Assembly (NCBI RefSeq): GCF_009914755.1
Contig: NC_060926.1
Length of the DNA stretch: 64,000 bases
Strand: one strand, 5' to 3'
DNA from: the human T2T-CHM13v2.0 reference genome, Homo sapiens
Shown: one piece after another, positions 12,886 through 28,413 of the stretch
How positions within the stretch are numbered: position 1 is the stretch's first letter
Layout: every line of letters starts with the position of its first letter
Notes under the pieces: model-generated
Told to the model about the DNA's origin: nothing
The model's database searches: none
The model's input: only the letters and a program-made list of their open reading frames with translations
Program-made: the position numbers and the translations under genes

Positions 12886-13624
12886 ACCAAGGGGTTTAAA
12901 AAATCTGTCAATCTCATATCCTATACCTAGCAAAAATATCCTTCAGAAATGAATGGAAAATTAAGACATTCTCAGATAGAAGAAAAATAAGAAATTTGTC
13001 ACCAGCATTAAAGAATGACTAAAGGGATGTCTCTAAACAGAAAGTGAATAATAACAAAGGGAGGCTGGAACTTCAGGAAGGAAACAAAACAATGCAATGG
13101 TTAAAAATTCTCCTCAAGTGTTTAAAAAATTGTGTTGAAGCAAAAAAATATAACATCATCTGGTGAGATGTTCAGTGTCTGTAGTGGAAATATTTATTTA
13201 ACATATTTGTATTTTAAGGGGGAGGGTAAACAGACCTAAATAAAAGTCAGATTTCTATACTTCACTTGAAGAGGTAAAATGCTGATACAGTTAGCTATGA
13301 CATATTATGTATATATATTGTAATATCTAGGGAAATTAGTAAAAAACTATATGATGAAGAGATATATTAAAAATGTACTATAGATATGAATATATGTGTG
13401 GGTTAGTATACATACATAGTTTTCCTTACTCTGTCACCTGAGAGAACAAAGAAGCAATGACAACCCTCTAGCAATTAGCACACCGGACACACAGATCTTG
13501 GTTTCTAACACCATTCACCAATAAAACAAATCAGGGCTCCTTGGAGAAATGGCTGATTCCAGGCCTTGGGGGAAAAATATATGAGATGAACCTGGAGCAT
13601 TTTGTAGCACCAGAATGTAAGGAA

Positions 13625-13625
<1 letters not shown>

Positions 13626-13665
<40 letters not shown>
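13626..13665. repeat. (TG)20 microsatellite
   Basis: Perfect TG run. Confidence 0.95.
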
Positions 13666-13667
<2 letters not shown>

Positions 13668-14540
13668 GAGACACAGGAGCCAACCAAAAGAGCTCTCAAT
13701 GGCCAAACTTGGAATAATTGGAGCAAGAAAATAATAAAGTAGTAATGTATTATCACCCAAAATAAATATCCATGAGTCCATAGTGATATAAGTAAATACT
13801 TGAATAAATAAATGGGGGGAAAAAAGACAACTCTCTCTTATGAAGAACTGGAAATAGTTAATACAGATACTACAACCTGAAGGAGGAGAAGTGTAAGTTC
13901 CTGGTCCTTAGGTATGGGCCTACATAGTGATTTTCTTCCAAAGAGTGTAGAATAGATAGGGGGTGGGGGAAAGTAGATTTACACTGGAGACACCTGCCAA
14001 GCACTACTTCAGCCAGGTGATCATGGTCAACACCTGCTGTGATAAATCGTGGTGTGAGTATGTACCCTGGATATGATGTGATGAAAATGACACTTCACTG
14101 CTTTACCCATTACCCTTGTCGAATCATGAAAAAAGCCTCAGGTGAATTTCAATAAGGGGGTATCATAGAATACATTGAATGTAGGATAATACCTAACCAG
14201 GACTCTTCAAAATTGTCAAGGTCCTAAAAATCAGGAAAAGTTTGAGAAACTGTCACAACCAAGAGGAGCCTGAGGAGATGTGATGACTAAACACAGTAAG
14301 TATCCTGGATGGGACCCTGGACCATAGGAAGATGTTAGGTAAAACTAAGGAAATCTAAATAAGATATAGACTTTGGTTAATAATAATGTATCAATATTGG
14401 CTCATTAATTGAAACAGTCGTGCTAATTAATATAAGATGTTAATAAGATGGGACACTGAGTGAGGATGTATATGGGAACTTTCTGTTCTACCATCTCATT
14501 TTTTTTAAACTTATAAAAAATAAAGTCTATTAAAACATTA

Positions 14541-14799
14541 TAGCACTTTGGGAGGCTGAGGTGGGTGGATCATCTGAGGTCAAGAGTTTGAGATCAGCCT
14601 AGCCAACATGGCGAAATGCTGTCTCTACTAAAAAAACAAAAATTAGCTGGGCATGGTGGCAAGTGCCTATAATCACAGCTACTCGGGAGGCTGAGGCAGG
14701 AGAATCACTTGAATTTGGCGGGATGGAGGTTGCAGTGAGGTGAGATCATGCCACTTCACTCCGGCATGGGGGAAAGAGCGAAACTCCGTTAAAAAAAAA
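14541..14799 (+). mobile_element. AluS, 5'-truncated
   Basis: agcactttgggaggctgaggtgggtggatc...gagcgaaactccg followed by poly-A. Confidence 0.9.
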
Positions 14800-14964
14800 T
14801 CATGAGTTTAAACATAAAACATAAAAATATATAATGTTTAGAAAGAATTCACAGGAGAAAATCTTTGGGACCTAAGGCTAGACAGAATTCTTAGACATGG
14901 CACCAGCAGCACTATCCATAAAGAGAGAAGAAAAAGTCAATATACTATACTTCGTTGTAATTAA

Positions 14965-15328
<364 letters not shown>

Positions 15329-16110
15329 TCAAATCCATGTCTTACAAAGACCTTATATCTACAATACACAAAAATGTATCAAATTCAACAGTAAAAAGAC
15401 AAGAAGAAAAATGAAGAATCCCATCAGAAAATGAGGGGAAAATATGCCCATGAATTTCACCAAAAAGACTATACAGATGGTAAAGAAGTGCAGGAAAGGA
15501 TGTTCGATATCACTAGCCTTTAGGGAAATGCACATTAAAACCACCGTGAGATATTACTACACACCTATCAGAGTTGCTAAAATTGAAAACAAATTATAAC
15601 ACAAAATGCTGGCAAGTATGTGGAGAAACTGGATCACACCTACATTGCTGGGTAGAACAAAAAATATTATAGTCATTCAGATAACAGTTTGGCAGTTTCT
15701 TTAAAAACTAAATATGAAATTGCTGTTTGACCTGGAAATTGCATTCCTGTGCATTTATTGCGGAGAAATGAAAATGTATGTTCACACAAAAACCTGTACA
15801 AGAATGTTTATAGCAGCTCTATTCATAATAGCTAAAAACTGAAAAGATGCAAGATGTCCTTTAGTGGGTTAAACCATCCACATCATGGAATACTACTCAG
15901 CAATAAAAAGGAACCAACTATTGATACACACAAAACCCTGGTTAATCTTGAGAATTACATTAAGTGAAAAAAAGCCAGTCCTCAAAAGTTACATACTATG
16001 TTACTCTATTTATACAACATTTTAAAAAGGACAAAGTTACAGGAATGAAGAACAGATTAGTGGTTGGTGGGACAGCAGTGAAGTGGGGTGGTTGCAAAAG
16101 GGCCACATGA

Positions 16111-16498
<388 letters not shown>

Positions 16499-16976
16499 TG
16501 ATATCATACTACAGTTTTGTAAGATATTACCAGTAGGGGAAATTTGGTTAAGAGCATGTGATGTTTCTATTATTTCTTACAACTGCTTATGAATCTACAG
16601 TTACCTCAAATTAAGTGTAATTTAAAAAATACTGGAAAACAACAACCCCCTTACCCCATGCAGATATTTTCATCTATTTTGGTTGTATTTATTTGGTATT
16701 GACTTCCACAATGTATATAGTATGTTTTGATTGCTAATCTATGATTTATTAATTGAAGACGATTTTAGATAGATCTGTATCTTTATGGTAGAGTTTATTT
16801 ATTGTAGCTGCATTTTAATTTAAAACTTAATTACTGTTGCTTTGTTTCCTTCTGGTTTCTGCATGATTTCCACTGCGTCTCTTGTGTTCTGTTTGTTTGT
16901 TTTGGAGTTTCTCACATTGAGAGATTTTTCTCATTGTTGGGTAACCATGACTCTATCTTCCTGTTTAAGAATTAGG

Positions 16977-17067
16977 GGCTGGGCACCATCGCTCAGGCCT
17001 GTAATCCCAGCACTTTGGGAGGCTGAGGCAGGCAGATCATCTGAGGTCAGGAGTTTGCGCCAGCCTG
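16977..17067 (+). mobile_element. Alu left-arm fragment
   Basis: ggctgggcacc...tgtaatcccagcactttgggaggctgaggcaggcagatcatctgaggtcaggagtttg, then truncated. Confidence 0.8.
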
Positions 17068-17089
17068 GAGGGTTGGAGAAACTGGCTGT

Positions 17090-17467
17090 TGCATTAGTCC
17101 GTTCTCACACTGCTATAAAGAATTAACTGAGACTGGGTAATTTATGCAGAAAAGAGGTTTAATTGACTCAGAGTTCTGGAGGCTGTACAGGAAGCATGGC
17201 TGGTAGGCCTCAGGAAGCTTACACTCATGGCAGAAGGGCAAAGGGAAAGCAAGCACATCTTCACGTGGTGGCAGGAGACAGTGAAAGAAGAAGCACTACA
17301 CACTTTTAAACAACCAGATCTCGTGAGGACTCACTCACTATCATGAGAACAGCAAGGGAGAATTCTGCCCCCATGATCCAGTCATCTCCCACCAGGTCCC
17401 TCCCTCAGTGTTGGGGATTGCAATTCAACATGAGATTTGGGTGGGGACACACAGCCAAACCATAGCA
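17090..17467 (-). mobile_element. MSTA/MSTB solo LTR
   Basis: tgcattagtccgttctcacactgctataaagaa...ccaaaccatagca; 5-bp TSD GCTGT at 17085-17089 and 17468-17472. Confidence 0.88.
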
Positions 17468-18806
17468 GCTGTTACCTCATGCTCCTAATTTTGTGGAAGA
17501 TCAGATAACAACTTAGTTTCAGTTTGGTGGAATTGTAGCATAGATAACTCTGTTTTGATTTTTAGTCTGGTTGTTGGGGCGTAGTGAGGGGGCTTAGTGG
17601 GGGCCCTGTGTGTTTTATCTGGTGACCCTCCAGTTTCTCAGCGCCATGCATTTGCTTGTCCTGGCCTCTGCAGTCACCTTTGCTGGCTGTGGCATTGTGA
17701 GGGTGTGAAGGCTGCAGATTCTTAGAGGGGGCCTATTCCAGGCTCTCCTGTGTTCATGACTGTCACATCCCATCTTGGGCGAGGCCAGGCTAGAGTCCAC
17801 AGGCTCCACTCAGGCTCTCTTTCCCAGACCCCGACACCTCTGTCAGCCTCGTTGTAGGTCCTCTTTTGATTGCTATTGCCTTGGACCTGGACAGTTTATA
17901 AACCAAGCTTGCCAAGAGGCAAGAGTGAAGAGGTCTGTTAAATAGGGAAAGAGCTTGGAGTCTCCTGGGCCATGTGCTCAGTACACAAGTTCTTACAGGT
18001 GGGTAGTCCTGTTTGGGATAGTTCAGACACACCAGAGTAGGGAGTGAGGGTCCCATGCTGGCCACCTTTCTTCTTCACCTCCCTCTTCTCATGCCTCCCT
18101 GCCACCACCCAACATTTTCAGCCTTGAGAAATTCCAAGTAAGCCCCTTGCTCAGGGCTGGGAATCCAGTTGGCAGTTCGGGAGGCGGTGGGGTCAGAGTT
18201 ACCGCTTCTTTCCGGGCCTTTCCAGAGGTTCTGCTGCTCCCCCAATACGCCTTCCATTGTGCTCCAGTGCGTCCCTCCAGCACATTCCCACAGTTAGATT
18301 CTTCTGGGGACTGTTGTAGGCACATCCCTGAAATTCCCGAGGGATCTCCCCCTGGCTAGTGTACTTCCTTTTCTCAAGGTATGTGGGAACAGGAGCTGTC
18401 TGCCGGGATTAGCAGCCCACATGATTTCCCAGTCTCAGGACCTGTTTCCTGTTGGGAGCCCCTGAGCTCTGAGACATGTGGTTGCCAAGTGCTTGCAGCG
18501 CTGGGTGTGGTGGAGCCCCAGGCTGACTCTCCTAGGTGGCAGACTCTTGGGGGCGAGCTCTCCCCAGGGCGGGGACAGGCTGGGGGTGGCGGGCTCTTGG
18601 GGGTGGGCAGGATCTCCTTGGGTGAGGGGTGTCTCTGGGGGTTTGGCTCTGGGGAAGGGGTTCTGAGGAGGGGGCAGATTCTCCTGGGGAGGTGGGCTCT
18701 GGGGGTGGGGAGCAGGTTTTCCTGGGTGGGCCTCTCCTGGGACCAACTCTCCCTGGCCGCAGTCTCTCTTGGCCACGATTCTTTCCTCCACAGCAACATC
18801 CATGTG

Positions 18807-19180
18807 CAGAGGTGCTAGAGCTGCCAGTACTAGCTTACCAGCGCTGGCTACAAGATCTTCAGGAACTTTTTGGCCTGGTTGTTAACCAGAGCAACTATTA
18901 AAAATTATAGAACCTCAGGTAAGCAAATTAAATCGCAAACAAAAGTAATGGATACACAAAACTTATACTACCTTTTTTATGACATTTTACCATTTCCTGT
19001 GCCCTTGAGGCTCTTTACGTTATGGTACCTGTGTGGTGGAAATACTGTACTGGGCGACGGGGCAGCTGTGCTTCTCTCCCCAGTTCCTGCTTGTGTGGGA
19101 GTATTTCACCATGGAAATCAGCAAATCATGCTTAGTTATTTGGACAGCTGGTTATTAAACATTTACCAGCACACACCATT
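18807..19180 (+). mobile_element. MER63-like hAT DNA transposon remnant
   Basis: End sequence ggttattaaacatttaccagcacacaccatt closely matches the reverse complement of the 1619 terminus. Confidence 0.55.
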
Positions 19181-19242
19181 ACCTGAGTTCTATCAGCTTA
19201 TTAAATTAAAAAATAAATGGAGCCCTTTAATCACATTGTTCT

Positions 19243-19567
19243 TATTTTATTTTATTTTTTATTATTTTTTAGAGGTAGGCTCTTGCTGTGTTGCCCCGGC
19301 TGGAATGCAGTGGTACAATCATAGCTCACCATAGCCTGGAACTACTGGGCTCAAGTGATCCTCTTGTCTTAGCCTTCTAAGTAGAAAGGACCACTGGTGC
19401 TTGCACCATGTCTGACTAACTTTTTTTAAAAAATGCTTTTTTGTAGAGATGGGTCCTTGCTTTATTGCCTAGGCTGGTCTTGAACTCCTGGCAAGAGATG
19501 CAAGTGACCCTTGCGTCTCAGCCTCCCAAAGTGCTGGGATATAAGCATGAGTCATCGTGCCTGGCCT
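19243..19567 (-). mobile_element. AluJ
   Basis: Diverged reverse Alu: aatcatagctcacc...cccaaagtgctgggat...gtgcctggcc. Confidence 0.85.
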
Positions 19568-20319
19568 AATCACATTGTTCAAGCATTGTGCAAATCAATG
19601 GAAGCCTAGCTCACAACACTTCTGGTTTAAATGCAGGCACACTTCCCCTCTGCCTGGCCCTGACTCCTGCTGCCCTCTCCTACTCAGTTCTCTGGCAGCT
19701 CATCCCCCTCACCCACTCTACTCCATTCCCTGCCTGCTTTCCAGTCTCTCGACCTGGACAGGTTTTCTGTCCCTTTCCCCATTGTTTCTTTGAAGTATTT
19801 ATTATGTACCTTCCTTTATCCTCTCAGCTAAAGGGTTTCCCTTTTCTTGCCAAGGTTTGTGATCCATCTCTCTCTTCTCATTCTCCTGATTCTGAATTTA
19901 TCATAACATTTCCTGGGCACAATTTAAATATGCTTATTTGACCTTCCCAGGCTGTGCTAACAGCACCACCACCACTGCTGCTGCCGAAAAGAGTTAGTGA
20001 TATTTATCTACACCTGTACCTGTGCCACCTGTGTCCCATGCCAGAGACCCCGGAGCACTCCATGGGCAGGTCCCATTTAATGCTGATACCTCCATGAGAA
20101 ATGAGTGTTTGGTTGAATTTAAGTACTGTAAGGGAACTTTTTAGACTGCCCTAGGTGGTATGTGAAACCTGAGGGCTTTGTGGTTGTGCCAAGGGGCTTC
20201 TGAGTAGAGAAGAAGAAGGGATACCAGAGAAGATGAGACTCACCCACAGCCCTTCTAACCCCAGACCTAGCAGAGCATTTCACTGTCCAGAAATAGGAGT
20301 TGAAACTGTGGCCTTCAGA

Positions 20320-20680
20320 GCAATGTTTTAACCTGGCTTTAGTATTCTTACTAGCTGAGTGACCTTGGGCACTCTGTGCCTCAATTTCCTCATCTGAAAA
20401 ATGGGGATAATACTATTACCTTATAAGGTTTTTTGTGAGGTTTAAATGAGTTAATGCACATAAAGCTCTTCAAAAAGTGTTCAACTAATAAATATTAGCC
20501 ATTGTCATTACTGAGGCTATGTGCAAAATTGTACTTAATAAAATAATGCTTCTGGTAAGAGGTTGAAGACCACATATGTAGCTCTATGGCCTTTATTTTA
20601 TAGTTGAGAAAACTGAAGCTCAGAGCTAAGAACTGGACACAGCCAGTGAGCAGCAGAGTCAGGACTAAATCCCTTTCTGC
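20320..20680. mobile_element. Two MIR fragments in opposite orientation
   Basis: tagctgagtgaccttggg...tgcctcaatttcctcatctgaaaaatgggg, and ttttatagttgagaaaactgaagctcagag. Confidence 0.7.
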
Positions 20681-21043
20681 TCTGAATTTTTCAACAAATG
20701 GTATTAATCCTCTTCTTTGACCTGGAAGGGGCATGACACCTACAACATTTGATACCCATGGCATTTGACACCCACACCACTCAACACCCTTGTGCCTTTA
20801 TTTTGATTAAAGGTGTGCCTTTAAAGTGATGAGAATAGTGTCCAAATAAATATGACAGAACCCTTCTATCCATTTTCTCTGGGAAGAAATGAATATTAAT
20901 ATCTCTGGTAAGATTTGAATATTAAACAAAGAGAAAGAACTAGCCCCTTTAGTGGATATAGCATGATCTGGGGAACAAAGAGACAGCCCAGATGGGAGCA
21001 TGTTATTGGAGAGGGATAAGGAGCGTGCAAGGTAAGGTGTCGG

Positions 21044-21465
21044 TGAACAAAAGTTCTCTGTAAAAGAATTGGAAGGGAAGAGACTTTATTCCACTAAGCA
21101 GTTTGCAAAATGGGGAGATGTGACCTGTGGTCTAAAATGAAGGTTCCTTCCAGGGAGCAAAAGGAGGTTTCAGTTTTGACAGCAAAAGTTCCTGTCCGGG
21201 TTCCCACTCAAGTCCATTTATGCAAATGAAGGATTCAAACTTGCTTAGTTCTAATTACTTGATGAAGCTAAGTTCTGATTGGTTGGTTCAGGTGAGTTCT
21301 GAAAGTCCCAAAGTTGAACAGAGGTATGGGTTTTCTGTTGACACAGAGTACATCTGTGATGTCTAGTCAATAAATGACCACTAGGCTCAATGTTAAATTT
21401 AGGCCCAGTTAGCCACTAGGGATCCATCTTGAAGGACTGGCTCTTTCGGTTTCATATTCATTCCC
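21044..21465 (-). mobile_element. ERV1-class solo LTR (MER31/MER67-like)
   Basis: gactttattcc...agtccatttatgcaaatgaaggattcaaac...gatccatcttgaaggactggctc; subfamily uncertain. Confidence 0.5.
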
Positions 21466-23268
21466 ATGACCGAGGCAGGACCCATCCTGCAGCTTTTGCC
21501 CAGCGGGTAGGAGACCAGGCTTGGGAGGCCATTAAGTCAACTTCAGACACTGTTTTACTGCCCAGGGTGGAGGAAGATCTCTAAACTAAATGCCTACAGC
21601 ATCCACAGCTGAATCTGGCTGGCATGTAAAGAACCAGCAGTAAGCGATGTGCCTGGTGTGCTGGGGTACACGAACGGAGGCGAGCCGGGCCCTGTAGTGA
21701 TAGTCAGTTTCACTGGGACTACCCTACTCCAGACAGGAAGTCCTCATTGCTGACAGCACTTAGGAGCAGTGCCTCTCCACCAGAAGTGTATTCTCAGCAG
21801 GGGTGGATCTGAGAGCAGAATACCTAGTGGAGAAGAGGGGTTTCCACTTGTGGGGTAGAGCTCTTTCAAGCACCCGGGCCACATTCAGAGAAGTTCCCCT
21901 GCACTGGGCTAAATGAGTCAGGTGGCCTCACTTCTCTCAGACACATCTGGCAACCTGGGCAGCTTTTGGGGTGACACTGCAGGACCACAGGAGGGACTCC
22001 TTCTCTCTGGCATTCTGAGAGGTGAAGGGCTTCACATTCCAGTGATGGAAATCTTGGCAACACTAGAGAAAGGAGTGCAGCTCCTACCTAACCAGTGAGA
22101 GAATATTATACATGATTTTGTATAATCTGATTTGAAACTTGAAATAATGCAACATTTTCTTAGTTGAAAAACAACAAAAAATACATAATTTCAAAGCTGT
22201 TCTTGGGGGCGAGGTGCGGAGCGTGAACTGTCTCCCACTTCAGGGGGTAAGCAGGTAGACAGGAATGTCACCATCCATTGTCTCGTGGGTGTGAATCACT
22301 GCTTCTAGACTCCTGTGCTTTTGATAATTATTGCAAAGTCATTTCAACTTTTGCTGTGTTATGATCTTTAAAACAAATAGTGTATTCTACTGCAGGATAG
22401 GCTAATTGTCATTAAGAGGTGATTCCAGTGGTATTGTTAAAAAAAGTACACCCACAATCAGTAAATTTAGAAAGAAAGTTAGGTGAGATAAAATATCATG
22501 AAGATTTAAAAACACCAGGAAATAAATACCAGTCTGCTAATTTTATGACAAGCATCCCAAGAAATATTGGAGATGATGCTGAGAAAATAAAAATAGCATT
22601 AAAGATCCTCAAACAGCCCCTGTTCCTCTGACTTTGCAGCATTTGGAGGGGAAAGCACTCTTACATTATGAGGGCCTCTGGAGCCCCACCTAAATCCTTA
22701 AGTGAAAACTCCCAGGGAGCATCATTTTCTGACAGTTGCAGCTGGATTAGCACCACGTGGGCCAGTAGCCTCAGAGAAGGGAGTGTGCAATATCAGCTTC
22801 CTCCAGAGAGATGCCGATGGGTCCATTCTGGGCCCCCGTTTCCATACCTGTAGCCTCTTAGGGGACACAGAATGACTGGGAGGTGCTGCCTATTCACCTG
22901 TGGAATGTGGGCACTTCTGGGGTCTGACTTTCTCCTATATAGCTCTGTAGCTTTTGAATACCTATAATAATTATGTACTTGTATTAATTTTTAAAAATCT
23001 ATTAAAAAGAAAAAAAATAAAGGAAGAGGGGCTGAGCTCTGCTGTGGAAATCAGATCTATTTAGAAAGCAAGAAGGTCTGTGGACAATCCAATACAAGGT
23101 GGCCCAGCCTCCATACCACCTCCAGCTGTCCCCAGGCTGCTTTGCAGTAACAACCTATGGGCAAATGGCAGCGTGCGCCTCCGTCTTTCTGCCCTATATG
23201 CCTGAAGTCACAGCGGTCCTTCAGGAGTGTTATGACTCATTCCCATGGGGAGGTGGGGGCGTGCTAGG

Positions 23269-23640
23269 TGTCTTAGTCCATTGTGTTTGCTCTCATAAAA
23301 TACCATAGACTGGGGGGCTTTAACAATAGGCATTTATTTCTTACAGTTCTGGAGGCTGGAAGTCCAAGATCAAGGTGCAGCAGATCTGGTGTCTGGTGAG
23401 GGCTCCCTTTCTGGTTTGCAGATGGCCGCCTTCTCTCTGTTTCCACACATGGTGGAGACAGGGAGAGCTCTGATCCCTTCCTTTTCTTATAAGGGCACTA
23501 ATCCATCATGAGAACCCCACCCCCATGACCTCATTTAAACCTAATGATCTCCAAAGGTAATTACATAGGGGGTTAGAGCTTCAACATGCAAATTTGGCAG
23601 GGACAGGGGGTGGGGAACATGAACATCCAGTCCATTACCA
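23269..23640 (-). mobile_element. MLT1A-type MaLR LTR
   Basis: tgtcttagtcc...cagttctggaggctggaagtccaagatcaaggtg...cttataagggcactaatcc. Confidence 0.85.
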
Positions 23641-26600
23641 TAGAGATATTCAAATGGGGGTAAATGCTTCTGTGGAAAATCCCCCCGTGGGAGGCTGCTC
23701 TGGGCTGTGTGTCCACCCCAACTTGGTGCTCCCACGAGACTGTGGGAAAGGGTGGCAGTCCTCTATCCCCAGTATGGCCTTCAGCATGTGCAGTCCCTGG
23801 CCTGGCTACCTGCAGAAGCCCACAGGAAAGGGGCAGCCAGGGGTTGAAGGAGAAAAGAGGAGAGAGGGGTGGGGATGAGACACTCCATTCTGAGGAGAGG
23901 TCCCCAGGAAGAGGCTACGCAGATTCTTTGGAACTGGAATTGCCTGAGAAGGCTTAGGACAGCGCTGCTCATTAGACCACTGCCTGGGAAATGGCCATCA
24001 GCTGAGAATGTGGGACCTTAGTGTCCCTGTGTCTGGGGGAGTCCAAGAGAGAGAGATGGATACTGAAGATTTTGCAAAGTGGCATGGCTGGGTGAGTGGG
24101 CCCTCCACCAGGAGACACTGACTACAGGTGCTTGCTGGGCATAACCGAAGGAGGGCCCGGCAGAATCCAGACCCTCCCCATTGCCGTGAGAGGCTCAGGG
24201 GGCTAGCTTATGAGGAAGAGAACTAAAAACTAGGGGACACATTCTGAGGATACAAAATGCACAATGAGCCCTCATTTAGATGAGGGGTAGGGTCTTAACC
24301 AAACTCCAGCATTACACCCCAGCCTTTCCTTGTGGTTCTATGTTGTCATGCACCATGTGCTTAGCTACAGCTCTCCTGGGTGCTGCCTTCCAGAGATGGG
24401 ACCACCTCAGTGACAGTGAAGAGATTAAGTGTGCAAGCTGGGGACAGCGGGCAAGTGATTAACATTTCCTGACTCTGACTCGTCCTTTGGAGGGTGATGC
24501 TACATACAGCCCATCATACGCACTATCATGGCCCAATCTCTCTGAAAGTGAAATCACTTCTCCCCACTGAGCTGCATCTGGAATTTTAGCAGCTTGGAGC
24601 AATGCAAAATAATGGTGCTTAAACTCAGACCAGCCTCCTCAATTTTGAGCTGGGCAATCCATTACACATACATTTTAGGCAGAATGGGATCCTGGTAAAT
24701 TTGCTGTCTGTGTATGTGGCCCACAAATTTCCATTCATTGAACAGTTGTCATTTTTAAGAGCTGCAGGGCAAAAAGGTTATTTGTTGACTTTTTGTTTTT
24801 TGCAAATGATATTACCTTGCAAAAGAGCTTACCCTGAAACTGAAAAGAATGATTCTGTGTTACCATATGCTTTTATAGGCTTAGCTCTTGTCTGTGGGAA
24901 GTTTGCAAGCATTCCCTCCTCTGCTCCCCATTCATTTATAAAGAAACCTCCCACATGGTGCTATTAAAATAAAAACTTACTCATATGCTTAGTCAATGCC
25001 GAGCAGAATTTCTTTCATAGGTTCCGTATGAATGAGTTCTGAAGTAACAGGTTTAGAAAATGAAACTGCTCAAAAAGAATATGAAAATGACTTGAAAAGG
25101 TGCCAGAAAATACTTTGACTGTGTGTGCATGTGTGTGCACGGGGGTGGGGGAAATATCAGATCATGGGAAGGTTCCAAGACCTTCAGGTTATAATGGCAT
25201 GTGAACAACCTCAGGAGTTGGTGTGGGAATAAACGATTCAGGCTTAAAATGAGAAACTCCTGTTATGGACACCACGGGATGTTCTAGTCAACAGATCTAA
25301 ACACGTGGCCCCATGACTACCTGTTTATGTGGGTGTAATCAATGCCCAGCTCTGCTATTCACCAGCTGTGTGGCCTGGGGCAAGTTGCTCCACCAACCTG
25401 ATCCTCAGTTCCCTTGCCTGTAACATGCTGATAATAACAGCATTTATTCCATAGGACATAGGATCCCCACAACCCCAATTCCTTGGAGCTCAAAAATTAG
25501 ATGAATCTTGATCCTTGTTCACAGTACTTTCCACCACGGATCCATCCATGACTTTGTCATTTATTTAGTTATGTAACTAGTTATTTCCAATATTGTAATG
25601 AGCACCCATGAATCTACCACCAAACAAAAGCTAAGTCTAGGACAATAACCTACATCTTATCAGCTAGTCCCCAGTATCTTATTAACCTCTTCTCCCCACT
25701 TCTAAGGTCTACACCATCATGAATCTTGTGTTCCTGATACCCCTGCTTCCCATTTTATTTGGTTTTATGCTTCCATATGTATTTCTAGAAAGTAGGTATA
25801 TTTTTATCTTAATTGTTTTTTAACTTTATAAAACTTTTAGGGACTTACTTTTTTCCATTTAATGTTATATTGCTAAGAGTCATTCACAGTATTGTGTGTC
25901 ATTGTAATTTCTTTGTTCTGACTGCTGCATAGTAGTGTATACAAATAAACCATAGTGTAATCATCCATACTCCCATTGAGGGGTACTTGGGAAAGGAGAG
26001 GGTCCAGACTTTTGCTAGTTAGAACAGGGCTGTTATAGTCCTACTGGTACATGTCAGCCTTTGTACAAGTATAAGAGTTTCTCTTGGGTATGGACCTTCA
26101 AGGAGAATCATGTCAGAGAACATGTGAAAGTTCAACTTTAGGAGACAATGCCAAAACATTCTCTAAAGACTCTGTGCTAATCTACAATGCCACAGGCTTC
26201 ATCCTCTCCAGCACTTAATTGTGTTAGGCTTTTTACTTTTTGCTAATTGAATGAGTATAACATGTTATTTCATTGTGATTTTAATTTTCACTTTTTTTCT
26301 TTAACAAATTTTTTTATTTTTAGTTTTTGTGGGTACATAATAGGTACATATATTTATGGGGTACATGAGATGTTTTGATATAGGCACACAATGCATAATA
26401 ATCACATCATGGGAAATGGGGTATCCATCCCCTCAAGCATTTATGTTTTGTGTTATAAACAATCCAATTATACTCTTTTAGGTATTTTTAAATGTACAGT
26501 TAAATTATTTTGACTATAGTCACCCTTTTGTGCTATCATATACTAGGTATTCATAATTTTTTTCACTTTTCTTTTTGAATCTTTTCATAAGTTTATTGGG

Positions 26601-26883
26601 CATATATGTTTCCTCTTCTGTGAAATGCCATTGGTGCTTTTTTTCCCCATTATTATACTGGTTATTTGTGCTTTGTTAACAAAATTGATTTGTAGCAGTT
26701 CTACATATATTCTTGGTACTAAACCTTTGTGGTTGATATTATGAATATCTTGTCCCAGTTTTTACTTTGTCTTTTTACTTTTTAAAGGTATCTCTTGGTG
26801 AACAAATGTTCTTTATTTTGACATAGTTAAATTTATCATTTTATAGTCAACAATTTAAGTGCTTAAGAAAAACTTTAGCTGCG

Positions 26884-27242
26884 TGTATTAGTCCATTCTT
26901 GCATTGCTATAAAGAACTCCCTGAGAATGGGTAATTTATAAAGAAAAGAGGTTAAATGACTCACAGTTCTGCAGGCTGTACAGGAAACATGGTTGGGAAG
27001 GCCTCAGGAAACACAATTATGGTGGAAGGTGAAGGGGAAGCAGGAATATCTGCATATGGCCAGTAGGACAGAGAGAGAAGGGGATGGTACTACACACTTT
27101 AAATACAGAACTAGGGGGATGGTGCCAAACCACTAGAAACCACCTCTATGATCCAAGCACCTCCCACCAGGCCTCACCTCCAACATTTGGAATTACAATT
27201 CAAAATGAGATTTGGGTGGGGACACAGAGCCAAACCATATCA
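26884..27242 (-). mobile_element. MSTA solo LTR
   Basis: tgtattagtccattcttgcattgctataaagaa...gggacacagagccaaaccatatca. Confidence 0.85.
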
Positions 27243-27889
27243 CTACTCCAAGGTATAAAATAGTTACCTGTATTTTACTATAAATTATAAAGTTTCTTTT
27301 TTGACATTTAATTCCTGAATCTATCTAGGGTTATTTTTCGGATATAGTTTGAGAGAGATATTCAAGTTCATTTTTTCCCATATGAATAACTACTTTTTTC
27401 CACCTCCATTTGTTTATCAGCCTCCTCTCCTCACTGACCTCCTGTATCCTCTGTAATAAACCAACATTCTTTATTTGCATCCATCTTTTTCTGGGATCTT
27501 ATTCATACCCCATGGTCTGTTTTTCTGTCTCTGCACCAAAACTACAGGGTTTTAATTGCTCCAGCCTCATAAAAGTCCAGACATCAATAAGGGAAACCCC
27601 TGATCACTACCTTTTCAGAAACATCCTATTTTTGGTCTTTTATGCTTTCACATAAGTTTAGAATCATTTTTTCAGGTTCTATTTTTAAAAAAATTATTAG
27701 GAATTTGACAAGAATTGCACTGAATATATAGATCAAATTACACTATTAAATTATATAATCCATGAACACAATATCTCTCTCCAATTACTTAGCCCTTTTT
27801 AATATCTCTTAAAGTTTTACACTTTTCCTTCTAGAGGTCTTGAAAATGTGTCCATTGTTAGGTTTATTCTAGGAGACTTGATATTTTAA

Positions 27890-28050
27890 TTTTTTTTTTT
27901 TTTTTTGAGGAAGGGTCTTATTTTGTCATCCGGGCTGGAGTGCAGTGGTACGATCATAGCTCACCACAGCTTCGAACTCCTAGGTCCAAGTGATCCTCCT
28001 ACCTCACCCTCCTGAGTAGCTGGGACTATAGGCACATGCCACTGTGCCCC
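27890..28050 (-). mobile_element. Alu monomer (FRAM/AluJ right arm)
   Basis: Poly-T, then gggctggagtgcagtggtacgatcatagctcac...gccactgtgccc. Confidence 0.8.
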
Positions 28051-28054
28051 ACTA

Positions 28055-28413
<359 letters not shown>

